Shown here: piece by piece, positions 29,734 through 40,271 of the stretch
Numbering within the stretch: the first letter of the stretch is position 1
How the letters are laid out: the number at the start of each line of letters is the position of its first letter
IMG/VR virus record: IMGVR_UViG_3300020577_007233
Span: 189,593 to 253,592 of that record
From: a virus
Taxonomy: Duplodnaviria > Heunggongvirae > Uroviricota > Caudoviricetes
DNA length: 64,000 nt
Reading direction: 5' to 3' (one strand)
Made by a program: the position numbers and the translations under genes
Notes under the pieces: model-generated
The model's input: the letters and a program-made list of their open reading frames with translations, nothing else
Told to the model about the DNA's origin: nothing
The model's database searches: none

Positions 29734-30734
29734 TCAACAAGGGGTTGACCCTTGATGACTGGGATATCGAACAAACAGTCCTCTCCATACAAGTCTCTCA
29801 CGTGTTCAATCATTACGGAGCTATGGCTTGTCACAATAAACTGCTTGTCAGGAAAGCACTCGATAAGCTTGTCTATCATTTTTCTGTGTCTCTTGAAATA
29901 CACATGCATTTCAATATTGTCAACCATTACGATATCGCTTTTGTCTATTAGCGACGGGTCGCAAAGGCTTCTTAGGAGAGTTGCTATCTTCTTTTCGCCA
30001 GCACTCATTGATTTGTAGTGAACTTTGACGTTTCCTTTTTCGATAACGAAACCTTGATAGAAGGCATTCTTGTCTTCTTTTACGCTTTGAGTGATGTTAT
30101 CGTAGATCTCGTTTTTGGTCATGGTAGGCGCTTCTATCTTTTCTTTGCCGTAGTTTTTAGCAAGAGCCTTGATAGCCTCTCTTAGGGACTCGTTCCCTCC
30201 TTCGACACCTTCTGATGATACAAGCTTTTCTGCGTAACACTTGTACCCGTATATGGCTCTCGCCAAATCAAGAAAGAGTTCGATTCTTTCTGCTGGTATT
30301 TGGAACTTACTTGTATTGAGAGGGTTGTCTGCGTCAATAAACACTGAGTTTATTGCCCCTCTGTCGATTAGGTCGTTTTGAATGACATCATCATCCTTAA
30401 CGTGAACTATCAGATCTTTTTGACCATCATAGAAAATGCCCTTAATTTCCATTTGGTCCGAAAACTTAGTGAATCCAGCATAGCTTGGATCGTAATCTGG
30501 ATGATATTGAAGCTTTCTGAGCAGAAGGTTATCGTCAGAAGGGTTTCTTTTTGCGTAGGCTTTTGACCTGCCAAGGAGACCGATAGCATTCAATCCTGTG
30601 CTTTTGCCGCATCCGTTTGGACCAAAGAACATATTTACAGGTTTGAATGAACCATCTGCTCTTGTAAAATCAAAAACACAAGGATCTTGAAAGCCAGCAT
30701 AGTTACGAAGAAGCAAGGACTTAATTTTGAGCAT
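29730..30734 (-). CDS. ABC-type (AAA_21/SMC-RecF-like) ATPase
   Basis: Walker A FGPNGCGKST, signature-like MSAGEKK, Walker B IVMVDNIE and H-loop TSHS. The start is set at MLKIKSL, where a GGGAGG RBS lies 8 nt upstream. Confidence 0.7.
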   Translation of the reverse strand: MLKIKSLLLRNYAGFQDPCVFDFTRADGSFKPVNMFFGPNGCGKSTGLNAIGLLGRSKAYAKRNPSDDNLLLRKLQYHPDYDPSYAGFTKFSDQMEIKGIFYDGQKDLIVHVKDDDVIQNDLIDRGAINSVFIDADNPLNTSKFQIPAERIELFLDLARAIYGYKCYAEKLVSSEGVEGGNESLREAIKALAKNYGKEKIEAPTMTKNEIYDNITQSVKEDKNAFYQGFVIEKGNVKVHYKSMSAGEKKIATLLRSLCDPSLIDKSDIVMVDNIEMHVYFKRHRKMIDKLIECFPDKQFIVTSHSSVMIEHVRDLYGEDCLFDIPVIKGQPLVD

Positions 30735-30922
30735 GAAAAAACCTCCCGGTAATGCTGTTATCGGCATACCGAGAGGTCTGGAAAGAAAAGACAAGCTAGC
30801 GACTACCGAAAATTCTCTTCCATCCCCTTGCTATCTTAAAGCATGCCCAAGAGATTATCGCGAGGATAACCATTCCCATAACGTGCTTTTGATGCATTAG
30901 GCTGCAACGTCGAGATTCTTCC

Positions 30923-31333
30923 TCAATATCTTTGCGAGTCAGCAATTCGTATCTCCCGAATAGAGTTAATTTTGGAAGAAAGCCTCCACGGAAACTTTGT
31001 AGCAGATGGGTACGAATCCATTCCTGTTACAATATACTTTGTCTCAAGAGGATGCCGACCAGGAGGAAGATCAAGCAACACGGAAGCCACAACAACAGCG
31101 TTCTTTTTGAGAGCTTTGCTTTCTGCGTATTTCTCAACCTCAACCGCAATCGTTTTTGGTAGATTTGCTATCAACAGTTGACGCTCTTCTCCGTCAACAA
31201 CGCAATTGCAAGCAAAGCGTCTAAGCAATTTCGTGTTGCCACGGAATGTCCAGCTTTGAACAAACTCAACAAACGGCCTATGAAAATGAACGATATGACG
31301 TTCATTGCGTTTTGGCTTGAAAAATACGTTCAT
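30923..31333 (-). CDS. Hypothetical protein
   Basis: 136-aa ORF. Confidence 0.4.
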   Translation of the reverse strand: MNVFFKPKRNERHIVHFHRPFVEFVQSWTFRGNTKLLRRFACNCVVDGEERQLLIANLPKTIAVEVEKYAESKALKKNAVVVASVLLDLPPGRHPLETKYIVTGMDSYPSATKFPWRLSSKINSIREIRIADSQRY

Positions 31334-31372
31334 AAAACAAGTCCCCGCCCGTTAGAGCAGGGACTGTTGGTA

Positions 31373-32611
31373 TTACTTGGACGAAGGAATGAGCATTGTT
31401 GACGCAGGAGCAGTGGTGCTTGCGTTTACAGGAGTGTTAGGACGAGCAGAAGGCTGTCCAAGCGCAGTCCTGATAGCTCCCATGAAGTCGCCAGAAAGCG
31501 AAGTGAAGTTCATGTTCTGAGGAAGGAAGCCGTTGAAGTTCTGGAAGGCCGTTCCCATGCTTCGAGAAATCTCGATCTGAGCAAAGGTTTGACCACCAAT
31601 ACCTTCATAAGCGGCGTACAAGAGTTTCTGCGCCTCAGCCTTAGCTCTACCCTCAGCAAGGATGGCGGCAGCGCGATTTTCAGCAGCAGCCTTTTCAGCC
31701 TCAGATGCAATCTTCAAACGAGAAGCATCAGCTTCGGCGGCAAGAATGGTCTGCTGCTTCTGCGCCTCAGCAGCGGTCAAGGTAGCAGCCGCAACCTGCT
31801 CAGCCTTAAGCTTAGCAACTTCCTTGTCTCTCTGAGCTTCAACAACCGCTCTGTTCAGGTCAGCCTGAGCAACGGCTCTTGCCTTCAATGCATCAGCCTC
31901 TGCTGCCTTGGTTTCTTCATCAGCGCGAAGCTTCTTCTGCTGAGCAATCTGACGAGCCTTGATTTCGGCGACATAGTTAGGATCAAGAGCAATCTTCTCG
32001 ATTACGAAGTTCTCGACAATAACACCCTTTTCCCGAAGTTCGCCATTCGCAGCGGCCAAGTCCTGCTCAATTTCGGTTTGCAGTCTAACAAGGCCCTCAC
32101 CAGAGTATGCGTCAGCGGCCTTCATTTTGGTGGCATGATTCTTGACGATCAACTGAACGCTATTGCGAAGCAGCCTTTCCTCAATCAAGCCAGAAGGGGC
32201 ATCAACGTGAGAGTGATATCCCTTGTGAATATCAACAACCTTGGTCGGGTCATAGCGCCAGCGAACGCTCAGGTTGATGTGCATGTCCTGCTGATCCGCG
32301 GACTGCACAAGATAGGGATCATAATCTCTGCCTCTTCCAGATTCGCCGGAGCCAGCAGGCGTATCGTTCATAACAAAGACCTGGCTGGTCATGTCGTAAC
32401 GATAGATTGTGGTGGTTACTCTGTTGCGAGAGTAAACGCCAGGGCCAAGAGAATTCGAGTCAACGCCGCTCATTGTCTCTCGAACGCCAATCTCGCTACC
32501 GCCAACCGTTTCAAGGTCAAAGGTAGCAAAACCAGCAATGGCGAGAATAGCAATTACAACAACTGAGGCAATCGCTTTGAACGGAACGGAACTTTCTGAA
32601 TGGTAAGCCAC
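31373..32611 (-). CDS. SPFH (band-7/flotillin-like) membrane protein
   Basis: An N-terminal TM is followed by an SPFH core (GVRETMSGV...LGPGVY...DMHINLSVRWRYDP...KGVIVENFVIEKIALDP). A long Ala/Glu/Lys coiled coil resembles flotillin EA repeats. Confidence 0.65.
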   Translation of the reverse strand: MAYHSESSVPFKAIASVVVIAILAIAGFATFDLETVGGSEIGVRETMSGVDSNSLGPGVYSRNRVTTTIYRYDMTSQVFVMNDTPAGSGESGRGRDYDPYLVQSADQQDMHINLSVRWRYDPTKVVDIHKGYHSHVDAPSGLIEERLLRNSVQLIVKNHATKMKAADAYSGEGLVRLQTEIEQDLAAANGELREKGVIVENFVIEKIALDPNYVAEIKARQIAQQKKLRADEETKAAEADALKARAVAQADLNRAVVEAQRDKEVAKLKAEQVAAATLTAAEAQKQQTILAAEADASRLKIASEAEKAAAENRAAAILAEGRAKAEAQKLLYAAYEGIGGQTFAQIEISRSMGTAFQNFNGFLPQNMNFTSLSGDFMGAIRTALGQPSARPNTPVNASTTAPASTMLIPSSK

Positions 32612-32649
32612 TATAAACTCCTTGCGTCATTGACGCTTGTTTGAGAACG

Positions 32650-33159
32650 TTACTTCATCATTGAATTAAGCCGCTCAAGACGTTCAGCTTGAGCAAGCAC
32701 GGTGTCTGTTTCTGCCTGCATTCTTTTGCGAAGCCGTTCAGCTTCTTTTCTTTTCTGGCTTTGCCAGATTACAATACCAAAGGTGACAAAGCCAACAAGA
32801 GCAACTACTGGTACAACAAACTCAAGAAGATAAAGCCTTCTTGAAAAGATACCAACAAAAGCAACAAGACCGCAAATCGCCCAAATAGCAAGATTGATCG
32901 TGCCTGTCGTGTCTTTTTCTTTTCTTATTTCGGGAGGCAATGTTGGCCCCAGCTTGCTAGCAAGAAGCTCGACTTGCTCGCTTTTGTAGACTTTATTGGG
33001 ACCGTCAAGGAAGATTTGCAAATGACCTGCCTCTGCTATTCGGTCAACTTCAGCTTCCTCAATACCCAGAAAGTCTGCTGTCTGCTTGGAAGTGACAAAC
33101 ATATTGTGGGTGGAAAGGACTCTTGGCGTACCGACAGATGGAATAGTTTTTGTGAGCAT
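32650..33159 (-). CDS. Two-TM membrane protein (putative partner of the SPFH protein)
   Basis: Two hydrophobic helices, then a charged tail. It sits immediately upstream in the same operon. Confidence 0.45.
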   Translation of the reverse strand: MLTKTIPSVGTPRVLSTHNMFVTSKQTADFLGIEEAEVDRIAEAGHLQIFLDGPNKVYKSEQVELLASKLGPTLPPEIRKEKDTTGTINLAIWAICGLVAFVGIFSRRLYLLEFVVPVVALVGFVTFGIVIWQSQKRKEAERLRKRMQAETDTVLAQAERLERLNSMMK

Positions 33160-33204
33160 ATAGGTTTTCCTCAGTCAGAATGATAGGAGGGCGGTTCTTC
33201 ACAT

Positions 33205-34074
33205 TCAAATACTGAAAGAAGAGAAGTTCAGCGGCTTGTCAAGGTTTTCGTTGTAGAAATAGCAGCCAACATACTGCTGACCATGATAGTCGTGAACAAC
33301 TACAACAGCCTTTGTGCAGGCAAACTGAAGTTCTGGGCACTGATCTCCCCCAACATCTGTATTCAAGATAGTGGGAACCAATACAGCCCTAACCAGTGCA
33401 TCATAATTGATGTCTGCTCTTGTCCATCCAGCGTTCATTGCTCTTTGAAATTCTGGCGACTTTTGTAGCTCAAATTCGGTAGACATCTTGTTCATCAAAG
33501 TAGATGATCTCAGAGCAATCATCTTGCTGCGAATTTTTCCTGTAACCTCGCACTGCATGTTTATGTGTGTTGTTCTGTAGAAATTCTCGTACTTTTCTTC
33601 TTGAGGAAGATTGAGGTTTTCGGTATCTTCTATATAGCGTATTTCTACATCAAGAAAGCCAATCTTCGGCGGAGTAAGAGCCGCAATCCTTTCAACAACA
33701 TTTGACGGCAGTTCTTTGTAGACTCGCATAAAAGATCCATTATTCACTGTCGATTCTATTTCGGTAATTTCGGCAAATACCTGATTGTTGAACGTCTTAT
33801 TGACCGTTTCAATAAACCTGTTTGCTGACTTTTTTGATGAAAAAGAGTAGTCGCAGCAAAGAGGTTCCCAGTCTGCAAATGAGCCTTTGAATTGTTTGGC
33901 TATTTCCTGAACTTTGTCTTGAGTTGGCCCAAGAGAAAAGCCCGGTCCATGAAGAATCTCTTCAATGGAATCCGGGCAGTTTTCTGTGAGACAAACTCGG
34001 ACATTGTACATCTTCTGTGACATCCGCATAATCCTCGCGATAGGTTTCTTGCCTATCGAGAAAAACGGTCTCAC
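33205..34074 (-). CDS. Hypothetical protein
   Basis: 289-aa ORF. Confidence 0.45.
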   Translation of the reverse strand: MRPFFSIGKKPIARIMRMSQKMYNVRVCLTENCPDSIEEILHGPGFSLGPTQDKVQEIAKQFKGSFADWEPLCCDYSFSSKKSANRFIETVNKTFNNQVFAEITEIESTVNNGSFMRVYKELPSNVVERIAALTPPKIGFLDVEIRYIEDTENLNLPQEEKYENFYRTTHINMQCEVTGKIRSKMIALRSSTLMNKMSTEFELQKSPEFQRAMNAGWTRADINYDALVRAVLVPTILNTDVGGDQCPELQFACTKAVVVVHDYHGQQYVGCYFYNENLDKPLNFSSFSI

Positions 34075-34099
34075 ATTAAAGCCTTACACCAAAAAGACG

Positions 34100-37000
34100 T
34101 TATCCGATTATTCTTCTATACCAAGTACCAAAAGCTTGACGAGGTTGATTTGGATCATTCTCGCCTCCCTCATTGAGTTCTCTTTCTTCTTCCCAAAGAT
34201 CAGGATTGAGATTATCTTGGAAAGCTGCATCTTTACCAGCTTGTCTCAAGATTTCGTTCAAGTCAGCAGCAAGTTGCGCCTGATTTGCACGATCTTCAGC
34301 CCTTGCTTCCTTAAGCTGCTGCTGAACTTCGGTATCATCCATACCTGCAAGCAACGTTTCTTCTGCTTTTGCATCAAGATCTTGAACAATACCTGCAATG
34401 CGGATCTTGTTCCTAACGAATCTGTAGAAAACCTCGTCAGGATTAAGCTTCTTGTTTCCGTTAGCATCTACCCCTTCGGCTCTGACAACCATATATCTTG
34501 TGTTTACGGGCATGAAGTTATTGATACGGAAAGCTCTACCCTCAGCCTGCTCGCAAACCCTAGGCGTCCAGTCAAAGTCGTTCATAAGAACGTGTTGAGT
34601 GGAGTTTTCCATACTGATACCAGTACCACCCTTGAGTGCAGCAACAACCATAGCCCTTGCCATAGTGTCTTCTCTTTTGAACTCATCAACAGCGGCTTGG
34701 ATGTTTGCGCCCTTGTCGCCGTCCATAACGTGTACAACCTTTAGGTCTGGGTCTATGCCAGCAAGATGTTCCTGTAGGCCTCTAACCAGATCTCGGCATG
34801 TATCCTTAAAGCAGGAGAAGATAAGAACCTTTTCTCCTTGATCAATCAAGGCAGTAGCGTCAGCAAGTGTCTTTGGAACTTTTCTCTTAGCTAGAACAAG
34901 CCTTGATGCTGTTAGATTACAAATTGCCGCATTTGGGTTCTTGTAGGCGTTGAGTTTGTTCTGAAGCTCAACAGCAAAGCCGTCCATATCAAAATCAGCT
35001 TCGTCAATATACTCTTCTCCAATAGTGTGTTGAGGAATGTCTGGATTCATGGACTTTTGAGACCTGCTCAAATATGCGCCAGACAAGGTTAGCCATTTAC
35101 GAAGATTGTAAGCTCCCTTTTCTTGAGCCTCAATAGCTTCCTTGACGTTCATGTTTTTCATGGTCGCCTTAGAGCCAATAAACTCATTGGTAAAGTCTCT
35201 TGTTGAAAGCTCTCCAAGGGTGTGTCCTGTTATTCTTAGGACATTATGAATGTCAGCCGCTGTGTTTGCTGCTGGCGTTGCAGAAGCCGCCCACTTAAAG
35301 GGAATCTTTGGAGCCAGATCAGAAAGGTTCTTAGCGATACTTGTAGTTTCGTTCTTAAGCATATGTGCTTCGTCAAACACAACAACAGTCCACTGACCTG
35401 TATACAAAGCGTCGAGATAAGCTTGAGAAGTTGCTCTTGCAACCGTTGGAGCGCCGCTCGGTCTTCTTATTGCTCCCTCTGGTCCCTTCTTTACGTTGGA
35501 TGAGATATCAGAATATGACATAATAACCCATTTTGCATTAGACGCAGGATTCGTGCTTACTTGAGCAGGATCTTCTCCTAGCTTTTGCACGATTTCTCTC
35601 ATCCACTGTGTTTGGGTATTTTTGAGCGTGAAGATAAGGATTCTTCCGCCGCTTTGAGCAACTCTCATCTTTGCTGCTGCAATGGTGGAGAGAGTCTTAC
35701 CTGTACCAGTCTTGTCTCCAAGAATGGCACTGTTTCTTTGATACAACCAAGCAACACCTTGCTTCTGTTTTTTGAAGAGTTTAGCTCCAGGAACGGCAGC
35801 GTCCGTTTCATTAAAGAAACGGTTATAGTCCCATTCAAGTTCACCATTCTTCCTTTTCTGAACACCATCTTCAATAACAGCATAGCCATCTAGCTCGCCG
35901 GTATATCTTGTTCTTTCAAGCTTCTTGTCATTCAGTAAGCGAGCCAAAAGAATTCGAATGCTATTAACGTCCCATTGGCTCTTCTTCAAAAGAAGACTAA
36001 ACCTAACGAAGTCGTCGAAAGAACCCCAAATAAACCAACCGTTGTTCTGTTCAAGTCTCATTCCTGTTGGCTTATGTCTTTCAGGCTTTGGTTGCTCTTG
36101 AGGGTTTGCAGGGTTATCCTGATTGCCTCCCATAGGAAGCTGAGGTTGCTGAGGAATGAATCCTCCCCTAATATCGTCGTATTTTTCTGGTCGCAAGTCA
36201 GTAAGATTGCCCTTACTTGGGAAAGAGAATTTGATGAAATCTCCAAGCTCTTCTCTAGAGCCAGGAGTCTGAGGACTTCGCACAAACATGAAGAACTTTG
36301 TTCTTACGCTTGCATCTTCAACTACGAGAATCTTGTTAGGGTCGAGCTTCGCTATATTCTTCTCAGTTAGCTGTTGATCGTACTTATCAATAGCATCAAT
36401 GAAGTCTTGTACATTATACTCTCTCTTCCTCATAAAAGAGGCGAGAGCATGAAGTTGCGATGGAACTGTTCCTTTTTGTCTCGAAAAGACATAGGAAGCG
36501 ATAGGTCTAATAGAAACCTCTTGACCGCCGATACGCTCTTGGCGTATGTAGTTCATAATTTCTTGATTATAGTTGAAGCGAATGGCAATAGCGTCCCAAG
36601 TTGGAACCTTAACTTCAACAGTCTTTTCGTCAGCAAGAGGTTGTTGCCCGGCTTGATCTTCTCCGCCAGCGGCAACTTGCATAGCAACTTCTTCAAGGGG
36701 TGCGGTATTGAAACCAATACCCTTAAGAGCAGCGTTCATTGCGTCAAAAGCTCCCTTGTCGCTAATCATAACATGGAAGTAGGGGCCGTCAATTTGAGCC
36801 TTAGAGAAAACAAAGAACGGAGCAGGCTCAATCTTGTTTCGATTCTTAGTGTTTTTCCATGTTGCCCATTCAGGATACTTACCGTTTCCGTCTTTAAGTC
36901 CATCAACAAACTTCTTGGCTATGCCTTGAAGCTTTTTGAATTCAACCTCAGTAAGGCCTTCCAATCTAACAATGGCTGTAATTCTTCCGGTTTTACCCCA

Positions 37001-37270
37001 AGCGTGATTCTGTAGAACAGCTAGTTGCCTTTGTCCTTGCGGAGCCTGATTATCAGCGGGCGCAACTGCGGGAGCAGCGGGGACAGCCGCTTGATTTGCG
37101 GGAGCAGCGGGAGCAACAGGAGCAGCCGGTTGAACCTCATTAACAGGAGGTTGAACTGGTTGTTCAGGATTGCCGTCTCCCAAAGGATCGCCATTATTCA
37201 GAGGATCTGGATTTCCTCCGTTTTGAGACAATCTAACTAGCCTATCAATTTTGAAGTAGCTTGATAACAT
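34100..37270 (-). CDS. SNF2-family helicase with large N-terminal extension
   Basis: Motif I GDKTGTGKTLSTIAAA, motif II VVFDEAHMLKN and motif VI QAEGRAFRIN. The N-terminal region of about 500 aa includes a Pro/Ala/Gln-rich low-complexity tract. Confidence 0.85.
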   Translation of the reverse strand: MLSSYFKIDRLVRLSQNGGNPDPLNNGDPLGDGNPEQPVQPPVNEVQPAAPVAPAAPANQAAVPAAPAVAPADNQAPQGQRQLAVLQNHAWGKTGRITAIVRLEGLTEVEFKKLQGIAKKFVDGLKDGNGKYPEWATWKNTKNRNKIEPAPFFVFSKAQIDGPYFHVMISDKGAFDAMNAALKGIGFNTAPLEEVAMQVAAGGEDQAGQQPLADEKTVEVKVPTWDAIAIRFNYNQEIMNYIRQERIGGQEVSIRPIASYVFSRQKGTVPSQLHALASFMRKREYNVQDFIDAIDKYDQQLTEKNIAKLDPNKILVVEDASVRTKFFMFVRSPQTPGSREELGDFIKFSFPSKGNLTDLRPEKYDDIRGGFIPQQPQLPMGGNQDNPANPQEQPKPERHKPTGMRLEQNNGWFIWGSFDDFVRFSLLLKKSQWDVNSIRILLARLLNDKKLERTRYTGELDGYAVIEDGVQKRKNGELEWDYNRFFNETDAAVPGAKLFKKQKQGVAWLYQRNSAILGDKTGTGKTLSTIAAAKMRVAQSGGRILIFTLKNTQTQWMREIVQKLGEDPAQVSTNPASNAKWVIMSYSDISSNVKKGPEGAIRRPSGAPTVARATSQAYLDALYTGQWTVVVFDEAHMLKNETTSIAKNLSDLAPKIPFKWAASATPAANTAADIHNVLRITGHTLGELSTRDFTNEFIGSKATMKNMNVKEAIEAQEKGAYNLRKWLTLSGAYLSRSQKSMNPDIPQHTIGEEYIDEADFDMDGFAVELQNKLNAYKNPNAAICNLTASRLVLAKRKVPKTLADATALIDQGEKVLIFSCFKDTCRDLVRGLQEHLAGIDPDLKVVHVMDGDKGANIQAAVDEFKREDTMARAMVVAALKGGTGISMENSTQHVLMNDFDWTPRVCEQAEGRAFRINNFMPVNTRYMVVRAEGVDANGNKKLNPDEVFYRFVRNKIRIAGIVQDLDAKAEETLLAGMDDTEVQQQLKEARAEDRANQAQLAADLNEILRQAGKDAAFQDNLNPDLWEEERELNEGGENDPNQPRQAFGTWYRRIIG

Positions 37271-37296
37271 TCATCTTTCCCTTGTTATTCAGTTAT

Positions 37297-40047
37297 TCAA
37301 CCAAATACCCCTAATTTCCTATACCAACTAGAAGAAGCTTGTTTTCCTTGCTTAGCGGCCCTTCTGTTGCAAAGATCGACAACTCTAGCGTCAGCCATAG
37401 CAACAGGATCAATTTCTTCGCACCTCAAATATCCAGAACTACCAGGCAGGGCAGAGGTTAGGAGCATGATAACAACATTGACATACTTCTCCTTAACATC
37501 TTCTCTAGCCTTTACAAAAGCAGGAAGTTTGGGATACTCTTTAGCCAAAAGACTGTAAGATATGGCAGCGTTTGTGTTTACTCTTTTTCTTAGATATGCG
37601 TCCAAGATTTCTGGCAACTGCTGTTGCTCTGGGTTTAGACTCAAATATACAGCAGGCTTCAAATTGATTGTCTTTACAATCTGTGGTATGTTTTCTTGAG
37701 CGTTATCAACGGCTTTTCTAAAATCAGGATCTTGCTGAAGCCTTGGATCAAAATACCCCTGACCGTCCAAAAGTTGTCTTTTGAGTGGGTCGCTCTTTAG
37801 AACGTGAGCCTTGTATGCGTCAAAAAGACCAGGATCGTTTCTGTACTCTTCATCAAACTTGACAAACTTACCAATGTTCATGTTAAGAACTTTTCTCTTG
37901 GTAATCGCAGCAAGCTGCTGAAAGGACGGAAGTTTGCGAACCCATCCAGGAGCAATGGAGTTGATTTCTCTGTCCATAAACTCATTGAGGAATATCGTGT
38001 CTTCCGTTTGTCTCTTATACGGAAGCTTGTGAGCGCCGCTAATTCTCTTAGCGTACTCGTCGCTTATTCTTTCAATGTTCTGCGCATTCTGAAAGAAGGC
38101 CTCAACAGACTGTCTTGGCATGTCTTGAGAGAAAAATCCAGCTTCAATAGCAGGACCGGCACTTTCTAACTTAGCCTGCTCTCTGTCCATTTCAAAGGCT
38201 CTGTCTTCGTTAAGTTCAGGCAGATACTTACCAATAGCTTCTTGCATCTTTTCAAGTTGCATATTGGCTATGTTGATTCTTCTTCTTTCTTCCTTAGTCT
38301 TTCTTGTTGCTCCGTGAGCGCTAGCTATCCAGTGTATGCCGCCCCTGTACTTAGCAAGGACAGCTTCTTTGAACATCTCTTTTCCTCTTGGGAAGATTTG
38401 CCAGTGATTAGGAACTCGATCCAAAACCTGTCCAACGTTTTCAGGAGCGTTCTGGTACATAACAGCAAGCCTACCATGAACATTGTCAGTAAAGGCAGGA
38501 TCATTCAACACAAAGTCAGGCATCTGTTGCGCATTGTTGGCAAGATTCTCAGCCAAAGCAAAAGCGTCATTACCGCCCAAGGCTTCAACTCTCTTAAACC
38601 AACCCTTCTTGCACGCATCTTGCATTGACTTAACGACAGCAGGATACTTGGCGAAGTTTTCGTTTTCTGTAACCCTGTTATAGAGTTCAGGACTTCTCTC
38701 AAGCTCGTTTTTGAACCACTCAAGCTCTTCGAGATTAGGAGTACCGTCTTCGTTGAAGAAGCTCTTGTTGAGGTTTCTTTCTTTGAGAATTCTGTCCCAG
38801 TGAGACCTAGCACTGCCGGTTATCTTAGGCTCAAGACCTTCTCTATATATCAAGTCAGTAATTTCGCGCCAATAAGCAGTAGGACAAGAACGACTAACTC
38901 CGTCTGCAAAGCTTTGATCGCCAGCTATCTCGTAAATTTGCTGATTTTGATTACCAAAGCGTATACCAACGTGACCCTTTCCATTGTCAACAAGAATCCA
39001 AAAATCTCCATCTGATAGATAGATTGGACCATTACTATTCTTCTTTGTACACCAAGAATTAGGGACAGAGAAGTTGTGAAGAATATCAAGGTTTCTGTCG
39101 TAAACTTGCTCTGCTGTTAGGGGATTGCCCTTTTCGTCTACTCCTGGCTTGGTGTTAGCCTTCATAGGAAGCTTAAGCCATCCAGATTGATTGTCCTTAC
39201 TAAACTCTTTCCTACCAGCCTCAATACTGTGATCAACAAGGTCTTTCTGATAGTCCTTGATTATGTCAATTCTAGAAGAGCCATTTTGATCAATAGCTCC
39301 TTGAACCTGATCAACAGGAATTCCTGTTTCGGCAGATATCTGTTCGGTAGTCTTGCCTTCCTTATTAAGAGCAAGAATCTTCTTGTAAGCGGCTTCGTCC
39401 TTAATGGGGCCGTCATACTTGAATCTAACTCTCTTGAGCTTTTGAAACATCTGTCCAATAACAGCAGGATTCGCTGCTGGCGGAGGGTTGACTGTTTTGG
39501 CTTGAGAAGTTTCAACAACAGGATTCAAAAGCATGTAGATAAAGGCTGGATTGGCAGCATAGTCAGGATTCTCTATAAGATACTGCTTCCACCCATCATA
39601 TGTCTGTTGCTTCTGTCTATTGATAACGTTGAGATAGAATTTCTCAGCCCCTTCAGGGTTGTTTATGTACATCAAGTGAGCGTGTTCAAGCTCAGGATTG
39701 AAGATGTTATTTCTCTTGGCAAACTCATACTCTTTCTCTACGTCAAACTTCTTAGCAAAGTAGTTGTCAGGGTTCTCTGGATCCATTTTGGCAAAAAGCT
39801 TTGGAAGAACCATTAGCTGAATGTACTCTTGTATGTCTTTTTCGCCGTTCTTTGGGTCTATTTTCTTGGCAACGTCTTGCCCCGTCTCTTCGTTCTCAAC
39901 GTTATATCCACCCCACTTTATCATGGAGTCGAACTTCATAATGAAAAGTTGAAGGATTGGATCAACAACCTTATACTGTTGGATCTTCTCTTTCGGTCCT
40001 GCAACTTTTATCAATGGCCTTGCGGCAACATACCAATTCATCAGCAT
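37297..40047 (-). CDS. Large hypothetical protein (916 aa)
   Basis: Long uninterrupted ORF in the operon. No recognizable motif. Confidence 0.5.
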   Translation of the reverse strand: MLMNWYVAARPLIKVAGPKEKIQQYKVVDPILQLFIMKFDSMIKWGGYNVENEETGQDVAKKIDPKNGEKDIQEYIQLMVLPKLFAKMDPENPDNYFAKKFDVEKEYEFAKRNNIFNPELEHAHLMYINNPEGAEKFYLNVINRQKQQTYDGWKQYLIENPDYAANPAFIYMLLNPVVETSQAKTVNPPPAANPAVIGQMFQKLKRVRFKYDGPIKDEAAYKKILALNKEGKTTEQISAETGIPVDQVQGAIDQNGSSRIDIIKDYQKDLVDHSIEAGRKEFSKDNQSGWLKLPMKANTKPGVDEKGNPLTAEQVYDRNLDILHNFSVPNSWCTKKNSNGPIYLSDGDFWILVDNGKGHVGIRFGNQNQQIYEIAGDQSFADGVSRSCPTAYWREITDLIYREGLEPKITGSARSHWDRILKERNLNKSFFNEDGTPNLEELEWFKNELERSPELYNRVTENENFAKYPAVVKSMQDACKKGWFKRVEALGGNDAFALAENLANNAQQMPDFVLNDPAFTDNVHGRLAVMYQNAPENVGQVLDRVPNHWQIFPRGKEMFKEAVLAKYRGGIHWIASAHGATRKTKEERRRINIANMQLEKMQEAIGKYLPELNEDRAFEMDREQAKLESAGPAIEAGFFSQDMPRQSVEAFFQNAQNIERISDEYAKRISGAHKLPYKRQTEDTIFLNEFMDREINSIAPGWVRKLPSFQQLAAITKRKVLNMNIGKFVKFDEEYRNDPGLFDAYKAHVLKSDPLKRQLLDGQGYFDPRLQQDPDFRKAVDNAQENIPQIVKTINLKPAVYLSLNPEQQQLPEILDAYLRKRVNTNAAISYSLLAKEYPKLPAFVKAREDVKEKYVNVVIMLLTSALPGSSGYLRCEEIDPVAMADARVVDLCNRRAAKQGKQASSSWYRKLGVFG

Positions 40048-40271
40048 ATCTCTCCAAACGTTAGAAGATACTCACATATTCCCTGAAAATCGTCCCTATC
40101 CTTCTCTTTCTTGCTCATGATATTAGAATCGACAAACTTTCGCACAAAAGAAAACCGCCGACTCAGCCAAAGACCAAATCGGCGGGAAGTTTATCTCTAT
40201 TCTCGCTTCTCCCAACACTCTACTTTGGTGTAAAAACATCTCTGTTTCTACAAGACTATAACATAGTCTCT

